A stretch of 64,000 nt of DNA from a virus. The notes below the pieces were generated by a model. The model searched no databases. It worked only from the letters and a program-made list of their open reading frames with translations, and had not been told where the DNA came from. Made by a program: the position numbers and the translations under genes. The DNA is taken from the IMG/VR virus record IMGVR_UViG_3300025598_000030, positions 20,181 to 84,180 of that record; one strand, written 5' to 3'. Below are positions 38,640 through 48,487 of the stretch, piece by piece. How positions within the stretch are numbered: the stretch's first letter is position 1; every line of letters begins with the position of its first letter.

Positions 38640-40922
38640 ATGGCAAATGTAACCGGTTCTATTGGCGATCAACATGTTGTTTTAGAAAATGCAGCTACAG
38701 AAGCTACATTAAAGGCTTTATTACAGGCCTTTTTAGCTAAAAATGCGGGAGATGCATCTACACTTAAAAAAATTGCCGAAAAAGTTAATCTTAATACTGA
38801 AGAAGTTGAAGAACAATTAGAAGATTTAGGTGAAGAAGCTGAAAAAACCGGTACTGAATTTAAACGAACTACCGAAGATATATCAAGATCACGCAAAGGT
38901 TTCATTAACGCTTTTGATAGTTACACAAAAGAGTTCACTGCAGGCACCGCAAAAGCTAGCCAATTATTCGAGGCATTCGGCACTCTTAACAATACATTCG
39001 GTGTATTAGCCACTGTATCTGCCAAACTGCTAGCTATTCAAGAGCAGTATCTAGTAACATACCAGCAGATTTCCGGAGCAGGTGCTAATTTTGCAGGTAG
39101 TTTGACAGATATGAAAATGGCTTCTGCTGAATCTTATCTATCTTTAGAACAATTCGGACGACTTGTAACAGAAAATTCTGGTTCTTTTGCTAGAATGGGT
39201 AATAGTGTTGATGGTGGTGTTAGAGCATTTACAAAATTATCTCACGAATTGATTAACGGTACGACAGGAAAAAGTTTATTAGGGCTAGGCTATACTACTG
39301 ACGAATTAAATCAACAAATGGTCGACTATATAGCGAATACCGGCGGTAGAACTCGAGAAGAAATGGCTAATACTAAGGAAATTTCTAATTCAACTAAAGA
39401 ATACCTAACAGAATTAGATGCTTTATCTACAATTACAGGTAAATCTAGAAAAGAACAAGAAGCAGCAGCTAAAGAAGCAGCAGCTAATCAAGCTGTACAA
39501 GCAAAACTGCAAACTATGAGCGTAGAAGAACGCAAGAAATATGAAATTGCTAGAGCTGAAGCATTTGCAAGAGGCGGAAAAGGTGCGGAAGAAGCATTGC
39601 AAAGCGCATTACTAGGCTTTCCGCCTATGACTAAAGCTGCACAAGAATATACCGCAGTAGCAGGTAACATGAATGATGTTACAATGGAACAGGCTAAAGC
39701 AATTACTGATAGTACAAAAAGCGTTAAAGATATGAAAAATGGCGCAGCAGCGTACAACGAAGCAGCCATTAAAGATAAAAAAAATCTAGGTACTGCAGGC
39801 GATGCTATGATAATGAGAGGCGGAACTATGGCAAGTACTGCTGCTTCGATATATCAAACCGCTAATAGAGCAGTAGCGCAAGGTGCTGAAACTACTGCTA
39901 AATCATTAAAACAAGTAACTGACGTTTCTGATGAACAAGCTAAACGAGCAGAATCACAAGCTGCAGATGCTGCAGAGTCGAGCAAAGCTATGCAAGACCT
40001 TGCTGCAAATCTTAATACTTTCTTAAATCCGATAATAAAATACGGAGCAGGTGCTATTAATGCATTAATAAGCGGGTTTAACAAGCTTCCTCATTGGCTT
40101 CAGTTAACTGTAGAAGGTTTAGCAGCAGCCTATTTGGCAATTAGAGGTTATAAAGCTATGGTCGGCGTAAAAAGTGTTGCCGGCGGCATAGCAAGTAACA
40201 TGGCAAAAGGTGCTGGAGGAGGACCGGGCGGAGTATTAGGTGAGGTTGAAAAAGCAGGTCCGGGAACTGGCGGTGTTTTACAAAGTTTAGCAGGAGGACT
40301 TAAATCTTTTGCTAATCCGCAGATTTTACTAGGCGCTACAATTTTAGCTGGCTCAATCGCAATCATTATTACAGGAATCGGTGCTGGAATTGCAGCAGCT
40401 TCGTGGTTAATGGGCAAAGCTTTACCTACTTTAGCTGAAGGATTAAGCAAGTTTGCTAACATTAATGGCGATAATCTCAAGAAAACCGGCGCAGGATTAG
40501 GTGTTCTCGGCCTGGGACTAATGGCATTTATACCATTCGGTATTGCAGGGATGCCTGCTGTACTAGCAGTAAACTTAATGGCCAATGGTTTAGAAAAGAT
40601 GGCCGCCGTAGATCCTAGTAAATTAGAGCGTGTTGCCGGTGCTATGAAATCTATAAAAGATAATACTCCTGGTATAGGTGCTAGCATATCTGCAGGTATA
40701 TTCGGCCTTGTTAGCAAGGTTACTGGCGGAGGATCAGCAACTGCTACACCTGCAACAGCTACCGCAGGTATTGATGTCTCACAGAATTCGCTCTACAATG
40801 CCGTAAAAGAGTTAAATAACACATCAAATGGTATGCTTGAAGTGTTAAATGAAATAGCAGGACACAGCAAACGCACCGGTGATGCAGTTAAACGACTGAA
40901 TAACAACAATTGGGCCAATTAA
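38640..40922 (+). CDS. Tape-measure-like protein (gp29-like, 760 aa)
   Basis: Ala/Gly-rich, helical, with hydrophobic segments in the C-terminal third; adjacent to the gp26/gp51-like chaperones. Confidence 0.6.
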   Translation: MANVTGSIGDQHVVLENAATEATLKALLQAFLAKNAGDASTLKKIAEKVNLNTEEVEEQLEDLGEEAEKTGTEFKRTTEDISRSRKGFINAFDSYTKEFTAGTAKASQLFEAFGTLNNTFGVLATVSAKLLAIQEQYLVTYQQISGAGANFAGSLTDMKMASAESYLSLEQFGRLVTENSGSFARMGNSVDGGVRAFTKLSHELINGTTGKSLLGLGYTTDELNQQMVDYIANTGGRTREEMANTKEISNSTKEYLTELDALSTITGKSRKEQEAAAKEAAANQAVQAKLQTMSVEERKKYEIARAEAFARGGKGAEEALQSALLGFPPMTKAAQEYTAVAGNMNDVTMEQAKAITDSTKSVKDMKNGAAAYNEAAIKDKKNLGTAGDAMIMRGGTMASTAASIYQTANRAVAQGAETTAKSLKQVTDVSDEQAKRAESQAADAAESSKAMQDLAANLNTFLNPIIKYGAGAINALISGFNKLPHWLQLTVEGLAAAYLAIRGYKAMVGVKSVAGGIASNMAKGAGGGPGGVLGEVEKAGPGTGGVLQSLAGGLKSFANPQILLGATILAGSIAIIITGIGAGIAAASWLMGKALPTLAEGLSKFANINGDNLKKTGAGLGVLGLGLMAFIPFGIAGMPAVLAVNLMANGLEKMAAVDPSKLERVAGAMKSIKDNTPGIGASISAGIFGLVSKVTGGGSATATPATATAGIDVSQNSLYNAVKELNNTSNGMLEVLNEIAGHSKRTGDAVKRLNNNNWAN

Positions 40923-40923
40923 T

Positions 40924-42660
40924 ATGACATGGAAACGCTTTTTTTCACCTGTATCTTCCGGGGCAATGAGCCCGTTAAGTCAAAGCGGCCGTGCAAATCC
41001 TACACGTACTAACTATTCATCATATCTTCCGGATGTTTATAGCGGGCATCCTAACCGTTTAGAGCGTTATAGCCAGTATGATACTATGGATATGGATCCG
41101 GAAGTTAATGCTGCATTTGACATTTTAGCTGAATTCTGCACTCAAATGAACGATGAAAATGGTACACCATTCCAAACATTCTTCAAAGAACAAGCTACTT
41201 CTACTGAAATTAAGATTATTAAGAAATACATGCAGCAATGGACTAAGTTAAACAAGTTCGGAACACGTATTTTTAAGATTATTCGCAATACTTTTAAGTA
41301 TGGTGATTGCTTTTTCATTAGAGATCCTGAAACTTTAGCTTGGTTTTATATAGATCCTAGTAAGATTGATAAGATTATTGTTAACGAAAGTGAAGGTAAA
41401 GAACCCGAACAATATGTTATTCGTGATATGAATATCAATTTTCAAAATTTAACAGTAACACAGATCAACCCAACTAATCAAAATAGTACTCCGGGCGGTA
41501 CTGCTTATGTAACAGGCGGCGCACAACAACGAGGTATGGTCGGGGCATATCCTCAAGCTACCGGAAGTCGATTCACTCAAAACCAAAATCAATGGGCTAT
41601 TGATGCTAAACATCTAATACATCTTAGCTTAAGTGAAGGATTAGATAATAATTTTCCATTTGGCAATAGTTTAATGGAAACAATTTTTAAAGTTTATAAG
41701 CAAAAAGAGTTATTAGAAGACGCAATTATTATCTATCGCGTACAGCGTGCACCAGAACGTCGTGTATTTTATATCGACGTAGGTAATATGCCTAGTCATT
41801 TGGCTATGAGCTTTGTTGAACGTGTTAAAAATGAAGTAAATCAACGTAGAATTCCTAGTGTATCAGGAGGCGGGCAGAGCATTATCGATGCTAGCTATAA
41901 CCCTTTAAGCATTAACGAAGACTATTTCTTCCCACAAACTGCTGAAGGACGTGGCAGCAAAGTAGAAACATTACCGGGCGGTACTAATTTAGGTGAAATT
42001 AGTGACTTGTTATTCTTTACACAGAAGTTAATGCGTGCATTACGCATACCTAGCAGTTACTTACCAACCGGCGCAGCCGATGATCAAACCCCGTTTAACG
42101 ATGGGAGAGTCGGTACTGCATATATTCAAGAGTTGCGTTTTAACAACTATTGCGAACGTTTACAGAGTTTGATTAACGAACAGTTTGATACTGAATTTAA
42201 ATTCTATCTATATAGCAAAGGTATTAATATCGATCCTAACTTATTCGATGTTAAGTTTAATCCTCCGCAAAACTTTGCTGCACATCGTCAAGCAGAAATG
42301 GATCAAGCTAGAGTTAGTACATTTGGTAGTGTATCGGAGATTCCATATTTGAGTAAACGTTTTGCATTGAAACGTTTCTTAGGATTAACTGCAGAAGAAA
42401 TTGCAGAAAACGAGCAGATGTGGAGAGAAGAAAACGTAGATACAGAAACTCCATTAAATGCACAAGGAGAAATGCGTTCAGCAGGTATTACTACTTCAGG
42501 ATTAGGTAGCGATATGGCAAGTTTAGGACAAAGTGATGCAGGCACTGAAGAATTACAAAATATAGGTAGCGAAGCAGCTGGAGGGTCACCATTAGGAGGA
42601 CAACCGGCTTCAGGCGGTGCTCCTCCTCCGCCATCCGGTGGTGCTGCTCCTCCGGCATAA
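40924..42660 (+). CDS. Portal vertex protein, T4 gp20-like
   Basis: LEDAIIIYRVQRAPERRVFYIDVGNMP, EDYFFP, GSKVETLPGG and ALRIPSS motifs. Confidence 0.95.
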   Translation: MTWKRFFSPVSSGAMSPLSQSGRANPTRTNYSSYLPDVYSGHPNRLERYSQYDTMDMDPEVNAAFDILAEFCTQMNDENGTPFQTFFKEQATSTEIKIIKKYMQQWTKLNKFGTRIFKIIRNTFKYGDCFFIRDPETLAWFYIDPSKIDKIIVNESEGKEPEQYVIRDMNINFQNLTVTQINPTNQNSTPGGTAYVTGGAQQRGMVGAYPQATGSRFTQNQNQWAIDAKHLIHLSLSEGLDNNFPFGNSLMETIFKVYKQKELLEDAIIIYRVQRAPERRVFYIDVGNMPSHLAMSFVERVKNEVNQRRIPSVSGGGQSIIDASYNPLSINEDYFFPQTAEGRGSKVETLPGGTNLGEISDLLFFTQKLMRALRIPSSYLPTGAADDQTPFNDGRVGTAYIQELRFNNYCERLQSLINEQFDTEFKFYLYSKGINIDPNLFDVKFNPPQNFAAHRQAEMDQARVSTFGSVSEIPYLSKRFALKRFLGLTAEEIAENEQMWREENVDTETPLNAQGEMRSAGITTSGLGSDMASLGQSDAGTEELQNIGSEAAGGSPLGGQPASGGAPPPPSGGAAPPA

Positions 42661-42675
42661 TTGGTAAATAACAGT

Positions 42676-42921
42676 ATGTTATTGAAAGAGTTTATATATT
42701 TTAGTCAAGATGATGCAGAAATGCGTAACAATGATCGTTACGACATCGGGCACGATTCTAGTGTACTTGATTTGAAAGATACCCGTAAAAGTCGTCTTAC
42801 ATTAAGCGCGTTGAATAGATTAAGGAAAGCAGGCGATGCTCGTCAGCAAGAAAAAAGAGCCGAACTCGAATTAGTAAGGAAAATGTACGCAGCACCTAAA
42901 CCAGAAGCTTCGCCTCTATAA
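42676..42921 (+). CDS. Small head-module protein (81 aa)
   Basis: Between the portal and core genes; ATG at 42676 lies 5 nt after GTAAATA (42664-70). Confidence 0.65.
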   Translation: MLLKEFIYFSQDDAEMRNNDRYDIGHDSSVLDLKDTRKSRLTLSALNRLRKAGDARQQEKRAELELVRKMYAAPKPEASPL

Positions 42922-42983
42922 ATCTACATTTTTCCAAAATAGACCGTTTTTGGCCTATTTCGCATAAGTATTCTACAATGGCT

Positions 42984-42990
42984 GTAAATA
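42984..42990 (+). promoter_or_regulatory. Putative late promoter GTAAATA for the core/protease/scaffold/capsid operon
   Basis: Motif in the intergenic gap; strong AAGGAG Shine-Dalgarno before 43037. Confidence 0.55.
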
Positions 42991-43036
42991 TTACTCGACA
43001 GCCTTGCCGATTTTTTATTATTAAGGAGAACCCGCA

Positions 43037-44107
43037 ATGTCTAACAAATTTGAAAAATTACTAGACTATCTAGTAAATGAAGAAATGGACAAAGCCAATG
43101 AGCTTTTCCATGAAATTGTTGTTGAAAAATCAAGAACAATTTATGAAAATTTAATTTCTGAAGAAGCACGTGAAGAAGATGAAGAAGATGATGAATCTAT
43201 GGAAGAAGCACGTGAAGAAGATGAATCTATGGAAGAAGCACGTGAAGAAGATGAAGAAGATGAATCTATGGAAGAGTCATGGATGAGCGACGAAAGCGTC
43301 TATGAAATCGGCGGCGATCCTGCCGATGATCTTGAACATGATACTGTAGACCATGATGCACCGGGTACATTCGGTATGGGCGGTGAAGAAGATCATGACA
43401 GCTTCGGAGATGACGACATGGGCGGCGATCATGATATGATGGGCGACGACGACATGGGCGGCGATCATGATATGATGGGCGGCGATGACGAACCAGTTAC
43501 AAAAGGTGATCTAGAAGCTATCGAAGATAGTATTGTAGATAAAGTTGTTAGCGCTCTAAAAAATACCAAAGGAGCTGAAGTAGATTTCGGCGATGACGAT
43601 ATGGGCGATGACGATATGGGCGATGACTTCGGTGGAGAAGACGGAGAAGATGATTCATTCGACTTTGATGACGAAGATGACGAAGATGATGAAGAAGACG
43701 AAGAAGACGAAGAAGACGAAGGGGAAATGAACCTCGACGAAAGTTTTCTAAGAGAATATAGTCAAGTCGTACGTAGCGGCAAAGATTACACAGCCGGTAG
43801 TCCAGGCGAAGAAGGCTCTGTGCATAAAAAGAGTGCAATTGCAACAGGCGGTCCTGGTATCAATACCAAGGCAAATGCTAAAAATATTGCACAGAATGAC
43901 AGAGAAGGTGACGAAGACGGCACTAAACCGAAAGGTAAGGCCGGTGGTCTAGTCGGAACTGTAAAAGGTGAATTTACCGATAGTAGCACATTGAATGTGA
44001 ATAAAAATCGTGTAAAAGGCGACGGATACAATAAAGCAGCAAAAGCACATAAAACTGGTGAAAATCAAGTAAATGATAAATCTATTGTTGCAAAGAGAAG
44101 TCGTTAA
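43037..44107 (+). CDS. Highly acidic prohead core protein (gp67-like position)
   Basis: Asp/Glu-rich with a basic C-terminus; lies between portal and protease. Confidence 0.7.
   Translation: MSNKFEKLLDYLVNEEMDKANELFHEIVVEKSRTIYENLISEEAREEDEEDDESMEEAREEDESMEEAREEDEEDESMEESWMSDESVYEIGGDPADDLEHDTVDHDAPGTFGMGGEEDHDSFGDDDMGGDHDMMGDDDMGGDHDMMGGDDEPVTKGDLEAIEDSIVDKVVSALKNTKGAEVDFGDDDMGDDDMGDDFGGEDGEDDSFDFDDEDDEDDEEDEEDEEDEGEMNLDESFLREYSQVVRSGKDYTAGSPGEEGSVHKKSAIATGGPGINTKANAKNIAQNDREGDEDGTKPKGKAGGLVGTVKGEFTDSSTLNVNKNRVKGDGYNKAAKAHKTGENQVNDKSIVAKRSR
43160..43720 (+). repeat. Intragenic tandem repeats (EEAREEDE..SM x3; DDDMGGDHDMMG x2; DDDMG; EED)
   Basis: Near-identical DNA copies such as gaagaagcacgtgaagaagatgaa and gacatgggcggcgatcatgatatgatgggc. 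Confidence 0.85.
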
Positions 44108-44116
44108 GAGAATCAA

Positions 44117-44752
44117 ATGAAACTATCTTACCTAAGAGAGAACCTAAGTTTTGATCAGGCTCGTGTAGAATTACACGAGTCTACAGATGAAAAAGGAGGC
44201 AAGAACCTTTATCTTAAAGGAATTGCTATTCAAGGTGGTATTCGCAACGCTAACCAGCGGGTTTATCCTGTAGGCGAAATCACTAATGCTGTCAAAACTC
44301 TGAACGATCAAATACAGAATGGTTACTCTGTATTAGGTGAAGTAGATCATCCAGATGATTTAAAGGTAAATTTAGACCGTGTTAGCCATATGATCACTGA
44401 TATGTGGATGGACGGTCCTAATGGATATGGGAAGATGAAAATTCTTCCCACTCCAATGGGCAATTTAATTCGTACTATGCTCGAAAGTGGCGTAAAACTA
44501 GGTGTCAGTAGCAGAGGCAGCGGTAACGTTGATGAACGCTCTGGTGAAGTAGCTGATTTCGAGATAATCACAGTTGATATAGTAGCCCAACCCTCAGCGC
44601 CGGGAGCTTATCCTACACCAGTTTATGAACACCTAATGAACGCAAGAGGTGGAAACAGAGCATTTAGGGTAGCGCAAGAGAGTAAACAAGATCCAAAAAC
44701 TCAACAGTATCTCCGTGAGGCGATGCTGAATATTATTAAAGGTTTGAAATAA
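44117..44752 (+). CDS. Prohead protease, T4 gp21-like
   Basis: NANQRVYP, LGEVDHP, GVSSRGSG and DIVAQPSAPGA motifs. Confidence 0.95.
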   Translation: MKLSYLRENLSFDQARVELHESTDEKGGKNLYLKGIAIQGGIRNANQRVYPVGEITNAVKTLNDQIQNGYSVLGEVDHPDDLKVNLDRVSHMITDMWMDGPNGYGKMKILPTPMGNLIRTMLESGVKLGVSSRGSGNVDERSGEVADFEIITVDIVAQPSAPGAYPTPVYEHLMNARGGNRAFRVAQESKQDPKTQQYLREAMLNIIKGLK

Positions 44753-44769
44753 CCTTAAAGGGAGAAGTG

Positions 44770-45867
44770 ATGTTGGACGCATTCAAACAATTAGTAGAAT
44801 CAGGCGTAATGACAGAAGAAACTAAATCAATGGTCGAATCTGCTTTTGCTGCTAAAATTCAAGAGAATCGCGATCAAATCACCGCTGAACTTCGTGAAGA
44901 ATTCGCACAAAAATATACACATGATAAAAGTGTTATGGTTGAAGCAATTGATCGGATGTTGAGCGAGAGATTGGCCGCCGAAATGGCTGAACTTGCTGAA
45001 GATAAGCAATCACTAGTTAATGCTCGTGTTGCTTACGAAGGCAAAATGAAGAGAGATGCTAAGGTATTAGAATCATTCATCATGCGTCAGCTAGGAAAAG
45101 AATTAGTTGAATTCCAAAGCGATCGTAAAAAAGTTGCTGAGAATTTTTCTAAGTTAGAACAGTTCATCGTACACGCATTGGCAAAAGAAATTACTGAGTT
45201 CTCTCAGGATAAACGTGATTTAGCTGCAACGAAAGTTAAGTTAATGAAGGAAGCTAAAGCTAAGTTCGATGATATTAAAGTTAAGTTTATTAAACGTAGT
45301 GCTCAAGTTGTTGAAAGTACAGTTAATAAGAAATTAAAATCCGAAATCAAGCAATTGAAGGAAGATATTTCAAACGCTCGAAACAATGACTTTGGTCGTC
45401 GTTTATTTGAAGCATTTGCAACAGAATATTCTACATCTTATCTAAATGAAAAATCTGAAACAAGTAAATTGTTGAAGATTATCCAGAAGAAAGATTTAGC
45501 ACTTGCTGAAGCAAAATCTGCTTTAAATGAAAAAGCAGCGTTGGTTGAATCTAAGGAACGTGAAATTCGCGTTGCAAAAGATTCTGCAGAACGTAAAGCT
45601 ATGTTAAGTGAAATGTTAGCTCCATTAGGTGCTGACAAGAGAGAATTAATGCGCAGCTTATTAGAAAGTGTACAAACTTCCAAATTATCTGCAGCATTTG
45701 ACAAATACCTACCCGCCGTAATGGAAGGTGCTGTAAAGAAAAAAGAAACTTCAAAAGAGACTTTAACTGAAAGCACAATTGTTACAGGCGATCGCGAAGT
45801 GAAGACTCAGCCCCAGGTAGGCTTAGATAATATCTTAGATATCCGCAAGTTAGCGGGTCTAAAATAA
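44770..45867 (+). CDS. Prohead scaffold protein, T4 gp22-like
   Basis: Coiled-coil protein between protease and capsid; GRRLFEAFATEY motif. Confidence 0.85.
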   Translation: MLDAFKQLVESGVMTEETKSMVESAFAAKIQENRDQITAELREEFAQKYTHDKSVMVEAIDRMLSERLAAEMAELAEDKQSLVNARVAYEGKMKRDAKVLESFIMRQLGKELVEFQSDRKKVAENFSKLEQFIVHALAKEITEFSQDKRDLAATKVKLMKEAKAKFDDIKVKFIKRSAQVVESTVNKKLKSEIKQLKEDISNARNNDFGRRLFEAFATEYSTSYLNEKSETSKLLKIIQKKDLALAEAKSALNEKAALVESKEREIRVAKDSAERKAMLSEMLAPLGADKRELMRSLLESVQTSKLSAAFDKYLPAVMEGAVKKKETSKETLTESTIVTGDREVKTQPQVGLDNILDIRKLAGLK

Positions 45868-45888
45868 CTATAATTCAAGGAGACATAA

Positions 45889-47070
45889 ATGTCACAGTTA
45901 TTAAATGAAAGATGGTCCGAGACAAAGGAAGCTCTGCTTGAAGGCCTATCGGGTAATCGTCGTGCTTCTATGCAGGTTTGCTTAGAAAATACTCGTCGTT
46001 ACTTGGCTGAAAGCGCAACAGCAGGAGCAACAAGTGCTGGTAACGTAGCAACACTTAATCGTGTAATTCTACCAGTTATCAGACGTGTAATGCCAACAGT
46101 TATTGCCAACGAAATCATCGGCGTACAGCCAATGACAGGCCCTGTTGGTCAGATCCACACACTACGTGTACGTTATGCTGATTCAAGCTCAGGTGACAAT
46201 ATTGTAGCAGGCGAAGAAGCACTAAGCCCGTTCAAGATTGCTGCTGCTTACTCTGGTAACAATGTTGATGCAACTCCAAAAGCTGCTGCAACAAGCGTAC
46301 TTGAAGGTACACCAGGTAAGAGAATGAGCATCCAGATCCTCAAGGCTCCAGTAGAAGCCAAGTCACGCAAGCTATCAGCTCGTTGGACATTTGAGGCTGC
46401 ACAGGATGCACAGGCTCAGCAAGGTATTGATATCGAAGCAGAAATCATGGCAGCATTAGCTCAGGAAATCACAGTTGAAATCGACCAGGAAATCCTAGCT
46501 TCACTACGTGGATTGGCTTCAGTAGAACAGTCATATGACCAGAGTTTAGTTTCTGGTACAGCAACATTCGTCGGCGACGAACATGCTGCACTAGCAATCC
46601 AGATCAACCGCGTAAGCAACCTAATTGCACAGCGTACACGTCGTGGCGCAGGCAACTGGGCAGTTGTATCAAACCAGGCTCTAACAATTCTACAGAGCGC
46701 AACAACTTCAGCATTTGCTCGTACAACTGAAGGTTCATTCGAAGCTCCAACAAATACTAAGTTTGTTGGTACATTGAACGGCGCTATGAAGATTTTCGTA
46801 GACAGCTACTTAGCTGACAATATCGATAACAACCAGGTTCTTATTGGTTATAAAGGCACAAGCGAAGCTGACGCACCAGCTTTCTACTGCCCATACATTC
46901 CTCTAATGAGCTCAGGCGTTGTTCTAGATCCAGCAACCTTCGAACCAGTCGTAGGCTTCCTAACACGCTACGGTTATGTTGAACTCAGCAACACCGCAAG
47001 CAGCTTAGGTAACGCAGCCGACTACCTCGGTAAGGTCGCTATCGTAAGCGCAAACGTAAGCTTCAAGTAA
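45889..47070 (+). CDS. Major capsid protein, T4 gp23-like (393 aa)
   Basis: GVQPMTGPVGQI, AKSRKLSARWTFEAAQD, FYCPYIPL and GFLTRYG motifs. Confidence 0.97.
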   Translation: MSQLLNERWSETKEALLEGLSGNRRASMQVCLENTRRYLAESATAGATSAGNVATLNRVILPVIRRVMPTVIANEIIGVQPMTGPVGQIHTLRVRYADSSSGDNIVAGEEALSPFKIAAAYSGNNVDATPKAAATSVLEGTPGKRMSIQILKAPVEAKSRKLSARWTFEAAQDAQAQQGIDIEAEIMAALAQEITVEIDQEILASLRGLASVEQSYDQSLVSGTATFVGDEHAALAIQINRVSNLIAQRTRRGAGNWAVVSNQALTILQSATTSAFARTTEGSFEAPTNTKFVGTLNGAMKIFVDSYLADNIDNNQVLIGYKGTSEADAPAFYCPYIPLMSSGVVLDPATFEPVVGFLTRYGYVELSNTASSLGNAADYLGKVAIVSANVSFK

Positions 47071-47095
47071 TAGAATTACTTGTAAATTTACACAG

Positions 47096-47120
47096 AAAGC
47101 CCGCCCTGTGCGGGCTTTTT
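47096..47120 (+). terminator. Intrinsic terminator after the major capsid gene
   Basis: AAAGCCCGC-CCTGT-GCGGGCTTTTT. Confidence 0.88.
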
Positions 47121-47132
47121 GCTGATTACAAG

Positions 47133-47200
47133 ATAAATATTATCAGTTCGCTCATAAAGAGAGTTTATGCAGTACCCACTGCGTAGATCCTAGAACGATC
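47133..47200 (+). promoter_or_regulatory. Late promoter (ATAAATA) followed by a structured 5' leader
   Basis: ATAAATA at 47133-39; GTTC/GAAC closing stem, CTC-ATAAA-GAG and TTTATGCAGT-ACCC-ACTGCGTAGA hairpins. Confidence 0.55.
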
Positions 47201-47219
47201 TTAATATAAGGAGAAACAA

Positions 47220-47888
47220 ATGGGACGTCCAATTAAAAAGAGATTTTTTGCAGGAACCGCTGTAGTTGCTGATACTGCAGGTATGGGAGTTGTTACGCCA
47301 AACGGTGTAACTATTGTTACTAGCGGAACGAATTATTCTTCTGCACCTACAGTTGTATTCAGCCAACCAGATATATTCGGCGGCACAGTTGCTACTGGTC
47401 ACGTTACTGTTAGCGGCGGAAACATTACTAGTTTTGTAGTAGATAATGGGGGATCCGGATATATGTCCGATCCTGCAATTGCATTAACAAACACTACAGG
47501 AACCGGCGCAACATTTACAGTTGCACTTGCTCCGATTAGTAATACAGGTAAAATTACGGTAACTGCTTACTTACCGTCACCTAAAGGATTAAGTTCTAAA
47601 ACTTCAAATATTCTAAAACAAGAATCAAGTCATCGTTATCTAGTACAAAATGCAGACGGCGACGGACAATGCAAGTTAGTTGCTTCGGGTAGTTTGACTG
47701 CAGGCCAAATGAATCTTGTTGCTACTGATAGTGCAGGTGGTACTTACTATGTAACGAAGTTGACTAGCCGTAAAGCTTATCTAACATCGATTAATGGTTC
47801 GCAATTTACTAACGGTGTTGCATCATGGTTGCTTGCTAGTGCAGGATCACCACAAGCTAATGTTAGTGTAACAATTCCTGTTTCTTAA
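47220..47888 (+). CDS. Virion structural protein, possible head decoration (222 aa)
   Basis: Follows the capsid gene with its own promoter, AAGGAG Shine-Dalgarno and terminator; GTNYSSAPTV and GGSGYMSDP beta motifs. Confidence 0.6.
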   Translation: MGRPIKKRFFAGTAVVADTAGMGVVTPNGVTIVTSGTNYSSAPTVVFSQPDIFGGTVATGHVTVSGGNITSFVVDNGGSGYMSDPAIALTNTTGTGATFTVALAPISNTGKITVTAYLPSPKGLSSKTSNILKQESSHRYLVQNADGDGQCKLVASGSLTAGQMNLVATDSAGGTYYVTKLTSRKAYLTSINGSQFTNGVASWLLASAGSPQANVSVTIPVS

Positions 47889-47905
47889 TAGGTAATTGAT
47901 TAATT

Positions 47906-47937
47906 AAAAAATAGCTGCCTAGTGCAGCTATTTTTTT
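47906..47937 (+). terminator. Intrinsic terminator (possibly bidirectional)
   Basis: AAAAAATAGCTGC-CTAGT-GCAGCTATTTTTTT. Confidence 0.88.
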
Positions 47938-47950
47938 GGGTAAATAAAGT

Positions 47951-48460
47951 ATGCCTTTCTATTCAAGTAACATAATTCAATATGGCGAAGTTCCTCAACA
48001 TATCCCTTGGAATGATGATGGTTCGGGGTTTTATAATGCTAGATTTCCTGACGGAAAATTTGTAGATACTGTTTTACCATTGCTACATATAGCTAATTCA
48101 TTGGTTAATGATATTAAAAATAAAACATATTATATATCATTTTCTGGGTTCAATATCAACAATATTCCTACTACTATATCCGGTATTGAAGTAGAATTAT
48201 CTATGAATAGAAGTGGAAGAATTACCGATGAAACTATACAATTAACTTATAATAATCAATTAATTGGAGAGAATAAAGCAGACGGTGATTTAGGTATTGA
48301 TAAAATATATGGTGGTTCTAATGATTTATGGGGTACAAATTTAACACCTGCAATAGTTGCAGATCCGACATTCGGAGTAACTTTACGTTTTCAAAGTCAT
48401 CCCAGCTGGCCACATAAGTCTATTCCTTTAATAGAATACGTTTCAATAAGTGTCTATTAA
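47951..48460 (+). CDS. Hypothetical beta-rich virion protein (169 aa)
   Basis: ORF starts 4 nt after GTAAATA (47940-46); YGGSNDLWG motif. Confidence 0.65.
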   Translation: MPFYSSNIIQYGEVPQHIPWNDDGSGFYNARFPDGKFVDTVLPLLHIANSLVNDIKNKTYYISFSGFNINNIPTTISGIEVELSMNRSGRITDETIQLTYNNQLIGENKADGDLGIDKIYGGSNDLWGTNLTPAIVADPTFGVTLRFQSHPSWPHKSIPLIEYVSISVY

Positions 48461-48487
48461 AGAATAAATACAGTAAAGGAAAAAGTA

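Noticed and set aside
43160-43720. CRISPR-like array in the tandem repeats (also at 36626 and 63712)
   Set aside because: The repeats are in-frame coding units without unique spacers, and there are no cas genes.
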